The notes under the pieces were generated by a model, which did no database searches, had not been told where the DNA came from, and saw nothing but the letters and a program-made list of their open reading frames with translations. From Planctomycetota bacterium (lineage in GTDB: Bacteria; Planctomycetota; UBA8108; UBA1146), in assembly GCA_036338595.1 (NCBI GenBank), contig JAYZBV010000109.1, forward strand, positions 981-64,980: a DNA stretch of 64,000 bases, given 5' to 3'. A program made the translations under genes and the position numbers. Position 1 is the stretch's first letter; each line of letters opens with the position of its first letter. Positions 48,946 to 60,400 of the stretch are shown one piece after another.

Positions 48946-49823
48946 GATCGTCCTCCTTGCCCTCGTTCAGAGATGAAGCGGCGCACTTCAGGGATGAAAT
49001 TCTGGTCGGTGTGAAGAAGCAGGTGATCGATACCGCCACGGGAGAGATCGGCTCTTCTGCCTTCTTCTGGATCGATGCCCCAACGAGTCTTGCCTCCGGC
49101 CAGGAACTGAGCACCGGTTTCTGCCTCGCTTCCGCGCAAGAAACCAGCAGCGAGGGCACCCGCTTCGGCGGGATCCTGCAATTCGATGACGGCGGTATCG
49201 TGAGCGTGGGAGGTACGCAGGATCGCATCGATGGCATCCGGGTCGTGCAGATCGCTGAGGACGATGACGACACTGCGTTGCTTGCTGGTGGCTCGCATCA
49301 TGTCGAGGGCTTCTGCGAGGCGAGTCTGTTCATCGGGATCTGGTTGGCGCAGTGCATCCATCGATTGGCGCAGGATGCTTCGCGAAAGACTTGCGGTGGA
49401 TCGTATCGATCGTGAACCGCCACTCAGTAACCGTACAGGACTCATCCTTCGCTGGGCCACGATTCCGAGAGAGGCCGCCAACCACACCGCCAGATGGTAT
49501 TTCGACAAGCGGGTAGAGGTGGCGACCATCGAACCGGAAGTATCGAGAACGATCTGGACCGGCACACGCTTGAGGGTGTCGTACTCCTTGATGTACGGCT
49601 CGCCGGTGCGCGCCGAGACCTTCCAGTCCATCTGCTGTATCGGATCTCCGGCGCTGTAGGGTCTCGATTGTGCATATTCGAGTCCGCTGCCGACAAACAC
49701 ACTGGCATCGGCACCGTGAGCGAGATCATCGGCGAGCTTGCGCACTACCATCTCGAATTCGTGATGTGCGAGTGCTTCCGGTGGTGGAAGAGATGGGTGA
49801 GTCACATCCACGGCGGCCCCCAT
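48942..49823 (-). CDS. DUF58 domain protein
   Basis: RPYSAGDPIQQMDWKVSARTGEPYIKEYD matches the DUF58 core. Its start shares one nt with the MoxR stop (TGATG). Confidence 0.85.
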   Translation of the reverse strand: MGAAVDVTHPSLPPPEALAHHEFEMVVRKLADDLAHGADASVFVGSGLEYAQSRPYSAGDPIQQMDWKVSARTGEPYIKEYDTLKRVPVQIVLDTSGSMVATSTRLSKYHLAVWLAASLGIVAQRRMSPVRLLSGGSRSIRSTASLSRSILRQSMDALRQPDPDEQTRLAEALDMMRATSKQRSVVIVLSDLHDPDAIDAILRTSHAHDTAVIELQDPAEAGALAAGFLRGSEAETGAQFLAGGKTRWGIDPEEGRRADLSRGGIDHLLLHTDQNFIPEVRRFISERGQGGRS

Positions 49824-50827
49824 CAGGACAGTTGATCGAGAATTTCTGCCAGCACCTGTTCGCCGGTGCGCCCACGCGCGACCGCCTCGTAGGAGAGACG
49901 GATCCGGTGCAGCACGATGTCTTCTGCGAGAGCGAAGATGTCTTCCGGAACGACATAGTCACGGCCATGCAAGTAGGCGCGCGCACGAGAAGCGGTGACC
50001 AGTGCAATTCCAGCCCGCGGAGACCCACCCAGTTCGATATCGGAGTGATCGCGGGTTCGATTGACCAGATCGACGCAGTGACGGACGAACACCTCGCTGA
50101 CATGGACTTCCAGTACCTGTTCCATTGCAGTGGTGAGAGCCGCAATCGACTGCGGAGCATCCTTCTCGATGGCATCGAAGGCGGTCATCGGCATGGCACC
50201 GCCATCATCTCCCCGCTTCAGTTTCAACTTGAGCGCTCTTCGCAGCACTTCCGTTTCATCCTCGGGGTCGAGGTACGTGAGCCGGTGACGCATCAGGAAA
50301 CGGTCGAGCTGTGCTTCCGGGAGTTCAAAGGTTCCTGCCTGTTCGACAGGATTTTGAGTTGCGATGACAAGAAAGGGTGACGGAAGCGAAAGGGTGTTGT
50401 CACCGATGGTGACTTTTCGTTCCTGCATCGCTTCCAGCAGGGCGGACTGGACCTTGGGAGATGCGCGATTGATCTCGTCGGCGAGTAGCAGGTTGGCGAA
50501 GATGGGACCCTTGTGAATGCGAAACTCGCCGCTGTCCTTGTCGAGAATCTCGGAACCGACGATATCTGATGGAAGCAGGTCGATGGTGAACTGGACGCGG
50601 CCAAAGGAGAGTTCGATGGCGTGTGCGACCGATTGCACCATCAGCGTCTTGGCGGTTCCCGGAACCCCTTCCAAAAGCAGGTGTCCGCCGGTCAGAAGAG
50701 AAATGAGTGTTCTCTCGACCACCAGATCGAGCCCGACCACCGTCTTCTCGACATGGGATCGAACGGAATCTGCGAAAGCGGATGAACGGGTGCTGGGGCT
50801 CCCCTGGACGGAAGATCCCTCACTCAT
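49823..50827 (-). CDS. MoxR-family AAA+ ATPase
   Basis: LLEGVPGTAKT (Walker A), LLADEINRASPKVQSALLEAMQE (Walker B plus sensor), about 330 aa. Confidence 0.9.
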   Translation of the reverse strand: MSEGSSVQGSPSTRSSAFADSVRSHVEKTVVGLDLVVERTLISLLTGGHLLLEGVPGTAKTLMVQSVAHAIELSFGRVQFTIDLLPSDIVGSEILDKDSGEFRIHKGPIFANLLLADEINRASPKVQSALLEAMQERKVTIGDNTLSLPSPFLVIATQNPVEQAGTFELPEAQLDRFLMRHRLTYLDPEDETEVLRRALKLKLKRGDDGGAMPMTAFDAIEKDAPQSIAALTTAMEQVLEVHVSEVFVRHCVDLVNRTRDHSDIELGGSPRAGIALVTASRARAYLHGRDYVVPEDIFALAEDIVLHRIRLSYEAVARGRTGEQVLAEILDQLS

Positions 50828-50958
50828 TGGGCCTCCTAGTGAAGTAATTGGCGTTCATGGTGGCCGGTATTCCTCGGGTCGGTTTCGGGCCACGATTCAG
50901 TTTGCGGATCATCGAGACAGCACATGATGCACTGATCCATATGCAGGGCAAGACCCCA

Positions 50959-51873
50959 TCAGTGGAGTCCTGGAGAGTGCTTGCGAGCCCGTAGCGAGTC
51001 GACGCTGTAGATGAGCACAGCAACGCCGATCAGGATCAGCGCCGGCCAGCGATCTCCGATCACTTCTCCTACCAGTAGTACTGCCACGAACAACTGAGCA
51101 GTGGGTGCGATGTATTGCAGAAGGCCCACCGTGGCGAGACGTATTTTTCTCGCCGATCGTGAGAAGAGTACCAGCGGGATGACGGTAACGACTCCACCGA
51201 TCAACAACCCCCAGGTGAGGCGAGCGTCTTCCATGAAGATGGTTCGACCGGCATCGTGGAGCCACAGTTGTAGTGCCAGCATCGGAAGTAGCAGCAATAA
51301 CATCTCGACGCAAAGCCCCACTTCGGATTCTGCCTTGACCTGCTTGCGCACGAGTCCGTAGCCGCCGAAGGAGAACGCCAGCACGAGGCTGATCCAGGGC
51401 AACGAACCGTTCGAGATGGTCAACTGGATCACGGCAACTGCGGCACAACCCACGGCGAGCCATTGCACCGGTCGTAGCCTTTCTCCAAGAAAGATGGCGC
51501 CGAGGGCGACCGATACCAGCGGATTGATGTAGTAACCAAGGCTCGCCTCGGTGATGCGCTCATTGAGTACAGAATAGATGAAGGTGAGCCAGTTGATCAG
51601 GATGAACAGACCGGAGAGGAACAAGGCACCCGTTGCACGACGGTCGCGAAGGATCGAGAGAAACGCAGGAAACTCACCACGGAAATAAATCACCAGTAAC
51701 ATCACAGGTAATCCGCCGAGGACCCGCCATGCGACCAGTTCCAGAACGTCCGTCTGATTCATCCAGTGGAAATAGAGGGTGGTTACCACTCCCCACCACA
51801 GATAGGCGCCGATTCCCTCGATGACACCGATGGTGGATCGTGTTGGCTTTTGACGGTTTTCTTCTTCGGTCAT
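50959..51873 (-). CDS. rarD: EamA/RarD-family transporter
   Basis: Trimmed to ATG 51873. GVIEGIGAYLWWGVVTTLYF and 10-TM-type hydrophobicity match the RarD pattern. Confidence 0.7.
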   Translation of the reverse strand: MTEEENRQKPTRSTIGVIEGIGAYLWWGVVTTLYFHWMNQTDVLELVAWRVLGGLPVMLLVIYFRGEFPAFLSILRDRRATGALFLSGLFILINWLTFIYSVLNERITEASLGYYINPLVSVALGAIFLGERLRPVQWLAVGCAAVAVIQLTISNGSLPWISLVLAFSFGGYGLVRKQVKAESEVGLCVEMLLLLLPMLALQLWLHDAGRTIFMEDARLTWGLLIGGVVTVIPLVLFSRSARKIRLATVGLLQYIAPTAQLFVAVLLVGEVIGDRWPALILIGVAVLIYSVDSLRARKHSPGLH

Positions 51874-51995
51874 GGTGCGTACCATCCGGCAACGGGCGAC
51901 AGGATTCCAGCGAAAGAGAGCCAGATAGCAGACCCTCTGCGGCAGCAAGGCGCCCGGGAACAGGAGTTGTCATCGATCTCATCACCTTCAGCCTG

Positions 51996-52364
51996 ATGGT
52001 AGGTACGGTCCAGTTGCTGGCTGGCATTCCGATCCTGGTGGCTCCCGACCGATGCGATAGATGGATGGCATCCGCCTACAAGGAGGAGGTGGTGATTCGT
52101 TCGATGGGGTACCTGTGGCTTGTCGCAGCAGTGTTGGTGCTCTTCGAAAATGCAAGAGTGGGAACCGATGTCGAGGGACTGGTGCGGCTAGCGGCATGGG
52201 CTACAGCCATCAAGTGTTTGATGTTGTGTTGGTGGCCGCAACAACTGATGCGCATCAGAGTGAAGATCTATGGCAATCGCGTGACTCGCTGGATGGGATT
52301 TGCAGCGTGCATCATGGGTTCGCTTTTTCTTGCCGCAGCGGTCCACTTGCAGGATGCACCCTGA
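51996..52364 (+). CDS. Small hypothetical membrane protein
   Basis: About 122 aa with 3-4 hydrophobic helices. The start is uncertain, because the first helix appears to begin upstream of ATG 51996. Confidence 0.4.
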   Translation: MVGTVQLLAGIPILVAPDRCDRWMASAYKEEVVIRSMGYLWLVAAVLVLFENARVGTDVEGLVRLAAWATAIKCLMLCWWPQQLMRIRVKIYGNRVTRWMGFAACIMGSLFLAAAVHLQDAP

Positions 52365-52611
52365 TACAAAAGAGAGTGCCGCTACCCCGATGCGGATCAT
52401 TGCACTTGAATCATCATCTTTCCGCCGATCGCCAGATGAACGGCGGATCTTGCATCGAGTCCTGACAATTGCAGGCTGCTGGTCGATGGAATGGCTGCCG
52501 ATCATTCGAATCGGTGTTACAGTGTGTTGACAACAGATTCGGGCATGATCCACTCTGTATTGCATGGTTTTGGCCTGAGATCCCCCGCAAATCTCAAGCC
52601 TCGATAGACAG

Positions 52612-53943
52612 GTGCCAACTTCGTTGAAGAACCGATATTTGCCCCCCTTCTTTCCCATCACGTTTTTCGCCTGTGCATCGGTTCTGGCAATCGGGCTGGT
52701 CGGTTGCGAGATTTCTGATGGGAACAAGGGTGCCCAAAAGCCGCAGGGACAGCTCGATCGTAAAGCACCGGTCGAGACGACAACTTGCTGGATCGAATCG
52801 GTCGAGCAGACTCTCTCCATCAGTACAGACCTGGAGGCACGCGACAGTGTCGACCTGACCGCTCGGGTCTCCGGTGTTGTCACGGAAGTGCTGGCGGATG
52901 AAGGGACACCGGTCACCGAGGGATCATTGATCTTGCGGTTAGATCCGGCCGACCTGGATCTGGCTCTTCGCGAGGCGAAAGTGCTTCTTGCCGAAGCAAC
53001 CAGTCTTCTGGCGAGCGCAGAACTGGCGCGCATGGAAGTATCGAGCGGCGCGGATCTTGCCGGGGTTGCTCTCGATCGTGCGAGCGCCGAGCGTCAAAGA
53101 CTGGAGAGCCTCTTCGATGCCGATGGTCGGCGCCTTGCTGCGGAAGAGACTCTCGAAAAGAGTCGGTTTGCAGAGAAAGAAGCCGAGATCAACCTCAAGA
53201 AATCCAGGCTCGCTCTTGAGAAGATGGATATGACCATCGCCATAGAAAAACATGGCATGGATAAGGCCAGTCTCGCAGTGGAACGCGCGCAGTTGGATCG
53301 GTCGAGATCCGACATCGTGAGTCCGATCGAGGGGCGCATACAGATGGTGGAACTCAGGCCTGGCGAACTGGTCACATCTGGAACGCTGGTGGCGACGGTG
53401 ATTCGCAGTCAACCACTCCTTGCGTGGGTCCGGGTGCCCCAGAGTCGTCTCAGTGAATTGAGGGTGGGGCTCAAGGCGATCATCACCAGCGAAACGGCGA
53501 GCGGAACGGCCTTCGATGGAACTGTCACTGCGATCAGTCCTGCAGTGACATCCAGTGAAGGAACGGTTCGGGTTCGTGTCGATGTAAAAGACCCCGATGG
53601 TCTTCTGCGCCCAGGTGCCTTTTCCACCTGCACGCTCATTCTTGGAACCCATGTGAATGCCCTGCTGGTGCCAAAGAATGCCCGAACCTTCGAGGGCAAT
53701 CGATCAGTCCTCTTCATCGTCCGCGACGGTAAGGCGATGCGCGTCCAGATCGAACCCGGTCTTCAGACGGAACAAAACCTCGAAGTGCTCTCGTCGGTAC
53801 CCCCGATCTCGGTCGATGACAGGATCGTGATTCGAGGTCAGGCGCGGCTTCGCGATGGAGATCCGGTGGAAGATGTGAGCATCGAGGTCGAGACGATCGT
53901 GGAAGAACATCCAAGAGCAGTTGAAGAGGAGGGCAGGGGCTAG
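52612..53943 (+). CDS. RND efflux periplasmic adaptor (HlyD/AcrA family) lipoprotein
   Basis: GTG 52612, lipobox LVGC, a coiled-coil hairpin, and a lipoyl/beta-barrel block IVSPIEGRIQMVELRPGELV. Confidence 0.85.
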   Translation: MPTSLKNRYLPPFFPITFFACASVLAIGLVGCEISDGNKGAQKPQGQLDRKAPVETTTCWIESVEQTLSISTDLEARDSVDLTARVSGVVTEVLADEGTPVTEGSLILRLDPADLDLALREAKVLLAEATSLLASAELARMEVSSGADLAGVALDRASAERQRLESLFDADGRRLAAEETLEKSRFAEKEAEINLKKSRLALEKMDMTIAIEKHGMDKASLAVERAQLDRSRSDIVSPIEGRIQMVELRPGELVTSGTLVATVIRSQPLLAWVRVPQSRLSELRVGLKAIITSETASGTAFDGTVTAISPAVTSSEGTVRVRVDVKDPDGLLRPGAFSTCTLILGTHVNALLVPKNARTFEGNRSVLFIVRDGKAMRVQIEPGLQTEQNLEVLSSVPPISVDDRIVIRGQARLRDGDPVEDVSIEVETIVEEHPRAVEEEGRG

Positions 53944-56900
53944 CCCCTGTTTCGAGGCGGTGGGATTGGGACGTGATAAGGCTTCTGCCTCTTCAAGTTG
54001 GCTCATCGAGCGAGCAGTCAGCCGCCCGATAGCACTGTGCATGATCACATCGGCGATCGTCGTTTTTGGTGTGGTTTCGTTGATGCGGCTTCCGATTGAA
54101 CTTCTTCCCGAGATCGATCGACCAACGATCACCGTCAGGACCGAGCTTCCAGGGGCGGCACCTGAAGAGGTCGAAGAGCGAATCGCTCGTCGACTCGAGA
54201 AAGCACTCTCCGTCGTCAGCGGACTGCGCAGGATCGCATCCCTGTCGCGTATCGGAACCTGCGATGTCATCCTGGAGTTTTCCTGGGGCCAGGATCTATC
54301 CGAGGCCATCCAGGACATCCGCGAAAAACTGGAACAGACAAATCTCCCCGATCGGGCAGAGAGTCCCAGCATTCTCAGATACGACCCACGTCTCGACCCG
54401 GTACTGCTCTTCGGGCTTCATGGACCCGCCGATATGGGCCGATTGAGAGTCATCGCAGAGGAGGAAGTGGAACGGCGTCTGGAGACGATTCCAGGGGTCG
54501 CAGCAGTGCGGGTTCGAGGAGGACTGGAGGAGGAGATCCTCGTTGAAGTTTCCGAGGAAAAGGTCAGAAGCCGCGGACTCTCCATCGAACTGATCTCTCG
54601 CCGGCTTGCTGAGGAGAATTTCGACCAGGCGAGTGGCCTGCTGGAGGACGGAGATGTCGACTACATCCTTCGAGTGCGCAACGAGGTGGTCGATTCGGAG
54701 GAGATCCTCGACATTCCGCTGATCAGGGAGGGGCAATCTGTTGTCAGGCTTGGTGATGTCGCAGAGGTGAGACGCTCATTCCAGGAAGATCGTGTGATCA
54801 CACGGATCGATGGTCGTCCAGCGGTCTTCGTCGAGGTGTTGAAGGAAGGAGATGCCAACATCATCTCCGTCTCGAAGAGTGTTCGAGATCGTGTTTTTGG
54901 AACACCCGAGGAGCAGAGGCGTTTCAAGCTCTGGCAGGCGAAGCGGGCGGGAAAGAGCGTACCAGGGGAGAACAGCTGGGGGATTCAGTTCGGCGGACCC
55001 GGCGGCGGAGGCGGTGGAGTCCGCCGTCCCGATCACGTTGCTTCCTGGTTACCGCCTGGAACGACCATCGATTTACTCGCCGATCAGGCGGATTTCATCG
55101 ATGGTTCGATCCGGGATCTGAGGCAGACAGCGCTGCTGGGCGGACTGCTCGCGATGCTGGTTCTCTATCTGTTCCTCGGCAAGCTATCGACCACCCTCGT
55201 GGTGGCGATTGCGATTCCCTGCTCCGTCGTGGTCACCTTCGTGCCGCTCTACATCTCCGATACCACGCTGAACATCATGTCACTCGGAGGCCTGGCACTT
55301 GGCATCGGCCTGCTGGTCGACTCCAGCATCGTTGTTCTTGAATCGATATTCAGGAAACAGAAGGAACTGGGAGATCCATTTCGTGGCGCGGTGGAGGGTG
55401 CTGCAGAGGTAGCGGGAGCGGTGACCGCTTCGACCCTGACGACCGTCGCGGTGTTCTTTCCCATCGTCTTTGTCGAGGGGCTCGCAGGTCAGGTATTCGG
55501 AGACATGGCGGTCGCTGTGGTCGGATCCCTGCTGGCGGCACTGCTGGTGTCACTCACGCTGGTTCCGATGCTTGCTGCCCGTGCACCGGGGCTGCGGGAG
55601 GATCACCTCATCGAGTCCATCGAACAGATACCGCCACCTGCAAAGAGCAAGAGAGGCATGAAGGTCAATCTCTTCTCTCTCATGGGACCGATCCTGTGGA
55701 TTCACAATCGTGCCGAACTCCTGCTGCTGGGGATCGGCTCCTTCTTGATGTCGTTCTTGCAGTTGATCCTGCTGATCGCGCTGAAAATTATCTTCGCATT
55801 GGCGAAAAGATCGAGGCGTCTTGCCGGGGGGCCTCTATCGCTGGCTGCCCGGATCATCGCTCGGACGGAAACCATCTACTTGAGGATGATCAGGGCCTCG
55901 CTCAACCACAGGGCCGTTGTGCTGCTACTGGCAGTCGCCGCGATTCTGGTTGCGGGCTTGCTGATCCCTCGGCTCGGATCAGAACTGATTCCACGGGTTG
56001 CCCGTGGTGAGGTAGAGGTGCAGATCACTTTACCGGTGGGGACACCACTGCAGGTCACCGACGAGAGGGTAAAGCGACTGGAGCAGGAGATCGGACAGTT
56101 GCCCGGCGTCCATCGGGTCGTCTCTCGAATCGGCAGAGATCCCGAAGATGTAGAGGCCTCTTCGCAGGGAGAGCACACTGCCAGGATAGAGCTGGCTCTC
56201 GCCGTGGATGGTGTCGATGCGGCGAGCGCAGAGAATTCGCTGGTCGAGCAGATCATCCCCCTTGGCGACGATCTCCCTGACGCACTGCTCAAGGTCCAGC
56301 GTCCACGCCTCTTCTCGCTCCGAGCTCCACTGGAGATCGAGATACGAGGGCCCGACGATTCCGAACTCGAGCGAATCGAGCGAGAAACGGCAGACAGGCT
56401 CTCCGGCAGCGGCCTTGTGACCGAGGTTCAGGCAACCACTGCGCCTGGAAGTCCCGAGTATCATCTTCGCCCCGATCGGGAGCGCCTTGCGCGCCTCGGT
56501 ATCAGTACGCGTGAGATTTCCGATGCACTTCAGAGCAAGAATGTTGGATCGGTGGCGACGCGCCTGAGAAGGCAGCAGCGTCAGATCGATGTCAGGGTTC
56601 GCCTGCGAGAGCAAGATCGTTCGAGTATCGGAGAGATCCTGGCGACCGGAGTTGCCGTGGGACCGAGTGGACGCAGCATTCCACTGGAGGAGTTGCTCGA
56701 GGGCTGGACGATCGAGGAGGGTCCCTCGGAGATCCTGCGCATCGGTCGGCAGCGCGCGAAGGTGGTTTCTGCGCAGCTGGCTGGATTCGATCTGGGCCGG
56801 GTTGCAGAGGTGATCGAGGCTGATCTCAACTCTTCCATCACTCTTCCTGACGATGTGGTGGTCGAAGTTGTGGGGCAAAAAAAGGAGATGGAGAGATCTC

Positions 56901-57457
56901 TCAGGTCCCTCATCGCTGCCCTGGCGCTGGCGGTTTTCCTCGTCTATGTCGTCATGGCCTCGCAGTTTGAATCTCTTCTTCAACCGCTGGTGATCCTGCT
57001 GTCGATTCCCCTGTCTGTTGTCGGAGTGGTTCCGATGCTGTGGATCACCAGAACGCCGATCTCTGTCATGACATCGATCGGGATGATCGTTCTTGCCGGA
57101 ATCGTCGTGAACAATGCCATCGTTCTGCTCGATCAGGTCAACAGGCTTCGCAGCGATGGCATGAAGATGAACGAAGCGCTCATCGAAGGCGGTCGAAAGA
57201 GATTGAGACCGATCCTGATGACCACCTTGACCACGGTCCTCGCACTGATTCCCGTCACGGGAGTACTCTCCAGGCTTCCCAACGCTGGACATCTTTCGAT
57301 GTTGATCGGAAGCGGAGAAGGATCGGAGATCCGGGCTCCTCTGGCGTTGACAGTGATCGGTGGCTTGATGGCGAGTACGCTCCTGACCCTGTTGGTCGTG
57401 CCTGTCTTCGCTTCACTGCTGGATTTCAAATCAAGGCCACAGGAGCAGACGCAATGA
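53921..57457 (+). CDS. RND efflux permease (AcrB/MdtB-like), first of two
   Basis: 12-TM AcrB-type layout (IERAVSRPIA..., VVNNAIVLLDQVNRL). Contains a Gly-run insertion QFGGPGGGGGGV. The start is uncertain: TTG 53921, GTG 53960 or TTG 53966. Confidence 0.9.
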   Translation: MKRRAGASPCFEAVGLGRDKASASSSWLIERAVSRPIALCMITSAIVVFGVVSLMRLPIELLPEIDRPTITVRTELPGAAPEEVEERIARRLEKALSVVSGLRRIASLSRIGTCDVILEFSWGQDLSEAIQDIREKLEQTNLPDRAESPSILRYDPRLDPVLLFGLHGPADMGRLRVIAEEEVERRLETIPGVAAVRVRGGLEEEILVEVSEEKVRSRGLSIELISRRLAEENFDQASGLLEDGDVDYILRVRNEVVDSEEILDIPLIREGQSVVRLGDVAEVRRSFQEDRVITRIDGRPAVFVEVLKEGDANIISVSKSVRDRVFGTPEEQRRFKLWQAKRAGKSVPGENSWGIQFGGPGGGGGGVRRPDHVASWLPPGTTIDLLADQADFIDGSIRDLRQTALLGGLLAMLVLYLFLGKLSTTLVVAIAIPCSVVVTFVPLYISDTTLNIMSLGGLALGIGLLVDSSIVVLESIFRKQKELGDPFRGAVEGAAEVAGAVTASTLTTVAVFFPIVFVEGLAGQVFGDMAVAVVGSLLAALLVSLTLVPMLAARAPGLREDHLIESIEQIPPPAKSKRGMKVNLFSLMGPILWIHNRAELLLLGIGSFLMSFLQLILLIALKIIFALAKRSRRLAGGPLSLAARIIARTETIYLRMIRASLNHRAVVLLLAVAAILVAGLLIPRLGSELIPRVARGEVEVQITLPVGTPLQVTDERVKRLEQEIGQLPGVHRVVSRIGRDPEDVEASSQGEHTARIELALAVDGVDAASAENSLVEQIIPLGDDLPDALLKVQRPRLFSLRAPLEIEIRGPDDSELERIERETADRLSGSGLVTEVQATTAPGSPEYHLRPDRERLARLGISTREISDALQSKNVGSVATRLRRQQRQIDVRVRLREQDRSSIGEILATGVAVGPSGRSIPLEELLEGWTIEEGPSEILRIGRQRAKVVSAQLAGFDLGRVAEVIEADLNSSITLPDDVVVEVVGQKKEMERSLRSLIAALALAVFLVYVVMASQFESLLQPLVILLSIPLSVVGVVPMLWITRTPISVMTSIGMIVLAGIVVNNAIVLLDQVNRLRSDGMKMNEALIEGGRKRLRPILMTTLTTVLALIPVTGVLSRLPNAGHLSMLIGSGEGSEIRAPLALTVIGGLMASTLLTLLVVPVFASLLDFKSRPQEQTQ

Positions 57458-60400
57458 CAGCGCCAGGTCGGCGATCGCTCTTCGAGCGACCTGTGATGGT
57501 GATGATGTTGCTGCTGACGGTCATCGTTGTCGGAGCCATCTCTCTTGTTTCAACTCCGCTTCAACTTTTTCCGCCTGGATTTGTCGACCGGACCATCACC
57601 GTTCGCATCGGTGTTCGGGAATCTACTCCACTGGAGGTCGCTGAAACGATTGCTGAACCCGCCGAGGAACTTCTCAGGACAATTCCTGGGCTCTCAAGGA
57701 TTCGTAGCTTCTCCAGCAGCGAAGGCTGCAGCATCTCTGTCACCATCTCGGGAGATTCTCATGCGAACGAGGTCTACGCCGACATCGCTGATCGGATGGA
57801 ACGACTGAAACCAAGTCTTCCTGAAGGCAGTGACAAGTATCGGATATTCAGATTCGATCTCGAAACAGACGTGCCCATCGTATCGCTGGGTGTGACGAGC
57901 AACTTTGACGATGACATCGAGCCGTTACTCGAAAACATTGTACGGCCTCGCCTCGAGGCGATCGAAGGAGTGGCTCGCATAGAAATCCGGGGTTTGGTTG
58001 GCAAGACGGTCAGTATCGAACTGGACCCTGACGAGGTGTGGGCTCACAGCATCGACCTGGGAAATCTCATCTCGAGACTCCAGGGAGAAAGCGTCGAGGG
58101 TTCTGCAGGAACGGTCGAGGACTCAGGCAGAAAGTTTGTTCTGCGCCTTGGGTCACGCTTCGATGATCTCGAATCTCTCAGACAGTTTCCAGTGACAGAT
58201 TCACTGAGACTGGGTGATATCGCAGAGATCGGCATCAAGTTTGGCATGCGAGATTTCGTGGTCAGGCTGAATGGTCGGCTCTGCAATATCATCGACATCT
58301 CCAAGGAGTCGGATGCAAACACCGTCAGTGTCTGTAACAGCATCCGCAAGGTTCTGGATGAACAGATAAGTACGGATCCTCGCATCGCAGGGATCGAGTT
58401 CGCCGATTTCTTTGATCAGGGAAAGGTGATCACCAGATCACTGACCAGTCTTCGAGATTCCTGTGCATGGGGAGGACTGCTCGCTGTATTGATCCTGTGG
58501 CTCTTCATGAGAAAGATGTCCAGTACCCTGATCGTCGCAGGTGCAATTCCGCTGTCACTCCTGATGGCTGTCATCGTGATCTGGGCAAAGGGTGGCACCT
58601 TCAATCTCCTATCTCTGACCGGACTCACCATCGGGATCGGAATGTTGATCGACAATGCCATCGTTGTCTCCGAGAGCATCTTTCGTTGCTCCCAGGGGGC
58701 AAGGAAGCCGGCAGATGCTATTTCTGCAGGCGTCAGCGAGGTGGCACTTGCAGTCACCCTGGCAACGATGACCACGGTGGCAGTTTTTGTTCCTCTGGTG
58801 TTCCTGGCAGGAGACTCCAATACCCGCATGATGCTGGGAGAATTCGGCCTGCCCGTCTGTTACTCGATCATCGCAAGTTTGCTGGTGGCACTGCTGTTCA
58901 TCCCGGTGGGGTTGCGCTTCTCATCTGCCATCGCCAACCGTCGTGCCGTGCGGGAGTGGCCGCTGATCGGCTGGTACACTCGCACCCTGTCTCGTGTTCT
59001 CGACCATCGCCTGGCCTGCTTCTGGCTGCTGCTGCTGGTGCTAGGAACCTCTTCTTTTCCGGTTCGCTGGCTTGCAGTACGTTCCGCCGCATCCGGCCCC
59101 AGTCACAGGGTGGCCGTCTCTGTCGAGTTTCTGGATTCGAACTCACTCTACGATTCAGACCAGACGATGGAACAGGTGCGACAGTCCTATCTCTCCATCG
59201 CCAATAAATGGCAGGTTGCTGACACTGCAGCATGGTTCCAGAGAAGTGGCGGGACGCTGGCATTCTTCTTTACCCCGGGATCGCAGGTCGATACTGCCGG
59301 GTTCATCGCCGAACTGAGGCGCAACAATCCGAGGTTACCGGGAGTGGACATACGGTTCTCCGAGGGGATGGGGGACCAACGATCCGATCGTCTACGGGTA
59401 GTGATCAAGGGTCCTGAAGCGAAACAGGTCGCTGTCATCTCCGATCAACTCGAAGAGATCCTCTCTGCAACGACAGGAATCGCCGAGGTGTCGACAGGTG
59501 GAGAGTCTTCCAGGACGACCGATGAAGTCGCATTGGAAGTAGACCGTGATCAGGCGGAGCGCTTCGGAATCTCTCCGACGAGACTCTCACGCGTCGTCGG
59601 ATGGATGTTACGCGGAGCTCCCTTGCCCCAGGCACAGATCGATGGCGAGGATCTACCCGTCTGGATCTCCTACAGCGAGGATGAAACTCCAACGCTCGGT
59701 GACTTGCCTGGAATACCAATTTCGAATGACAGGGGAGGTACTCTTCCGCTCGGATCGGTCGCTTCCCTCTCTATGTCGAGGACACCGCCAGTGATCCGTA
59801 GAGAAGGGCGCGAAGTGAGCCTCTCTCTGGCGCTGGAACTGGAGAAGGAATCTGACCTGAGAAGCATCGAGACACGGATTGCACCCATCCTCGAGGGACT
59901 CCAGATGCCAGAGGGCTATTCGGCTGCCATCGATGGCGGCCTGAGCCAATTTCAGGACGACCTCTCCGAAATGGCCCAGGCGGGTGCTCTGGCAGTCGTT
60001 CTGATCTTTGCATTGATGGGAGTTCTCTTCGAGTCGCTGCTGTTGCCGCTCTCGATTCTATGCAGCATTCCCTTCCTCTTCAGCGGCGCCTTCTGGGCGC
60101 TATGGGTCTCGGGAGAGTCGTTGTCTACCACCGGAATCGCCGGCTTCGTGATCCTGCTGGGAATTGTCGTCAACAATGCCATCGTCCTCGTCGACGCCAT
60201 CAATCGCCGACGAGAGGAGGGTTCTTCCAGGAGAGAAGCGTTGCTCGAAGCGGGGCGAATTCGTCTTCGCCCCATCCTGATGACGGCCAGTACCACCATC
60301 TGTGGCCTTCTTCCTCTGGTGCTCCTTCCGGCCGATGGGATGGGCCCCAGTTATCGTCCCCTCGGTATCGTCATGCTCGGTGGTCTGACCACATCGACCC

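Noticed and set aside
56030-57292. A 420-aa minus-strand ORF inside the first RND permease. Similar long antisense ORFs occur at 40901-41848, 46386-47324, 47935-48933, 44552-45298, 60545-61189, 52188-53033, 28515-29234, 25234-25956, 10895-11533, 15672-16373, 36369-37049, 35819-36367 and 19308-19886.
   Set aside because: All lie antisense to genes with clear family motifs. Their translations are Arg/Gly/Ser/Pro-rich and motif-free, as expected for shadow ORFs in GC-rich coding DNA.
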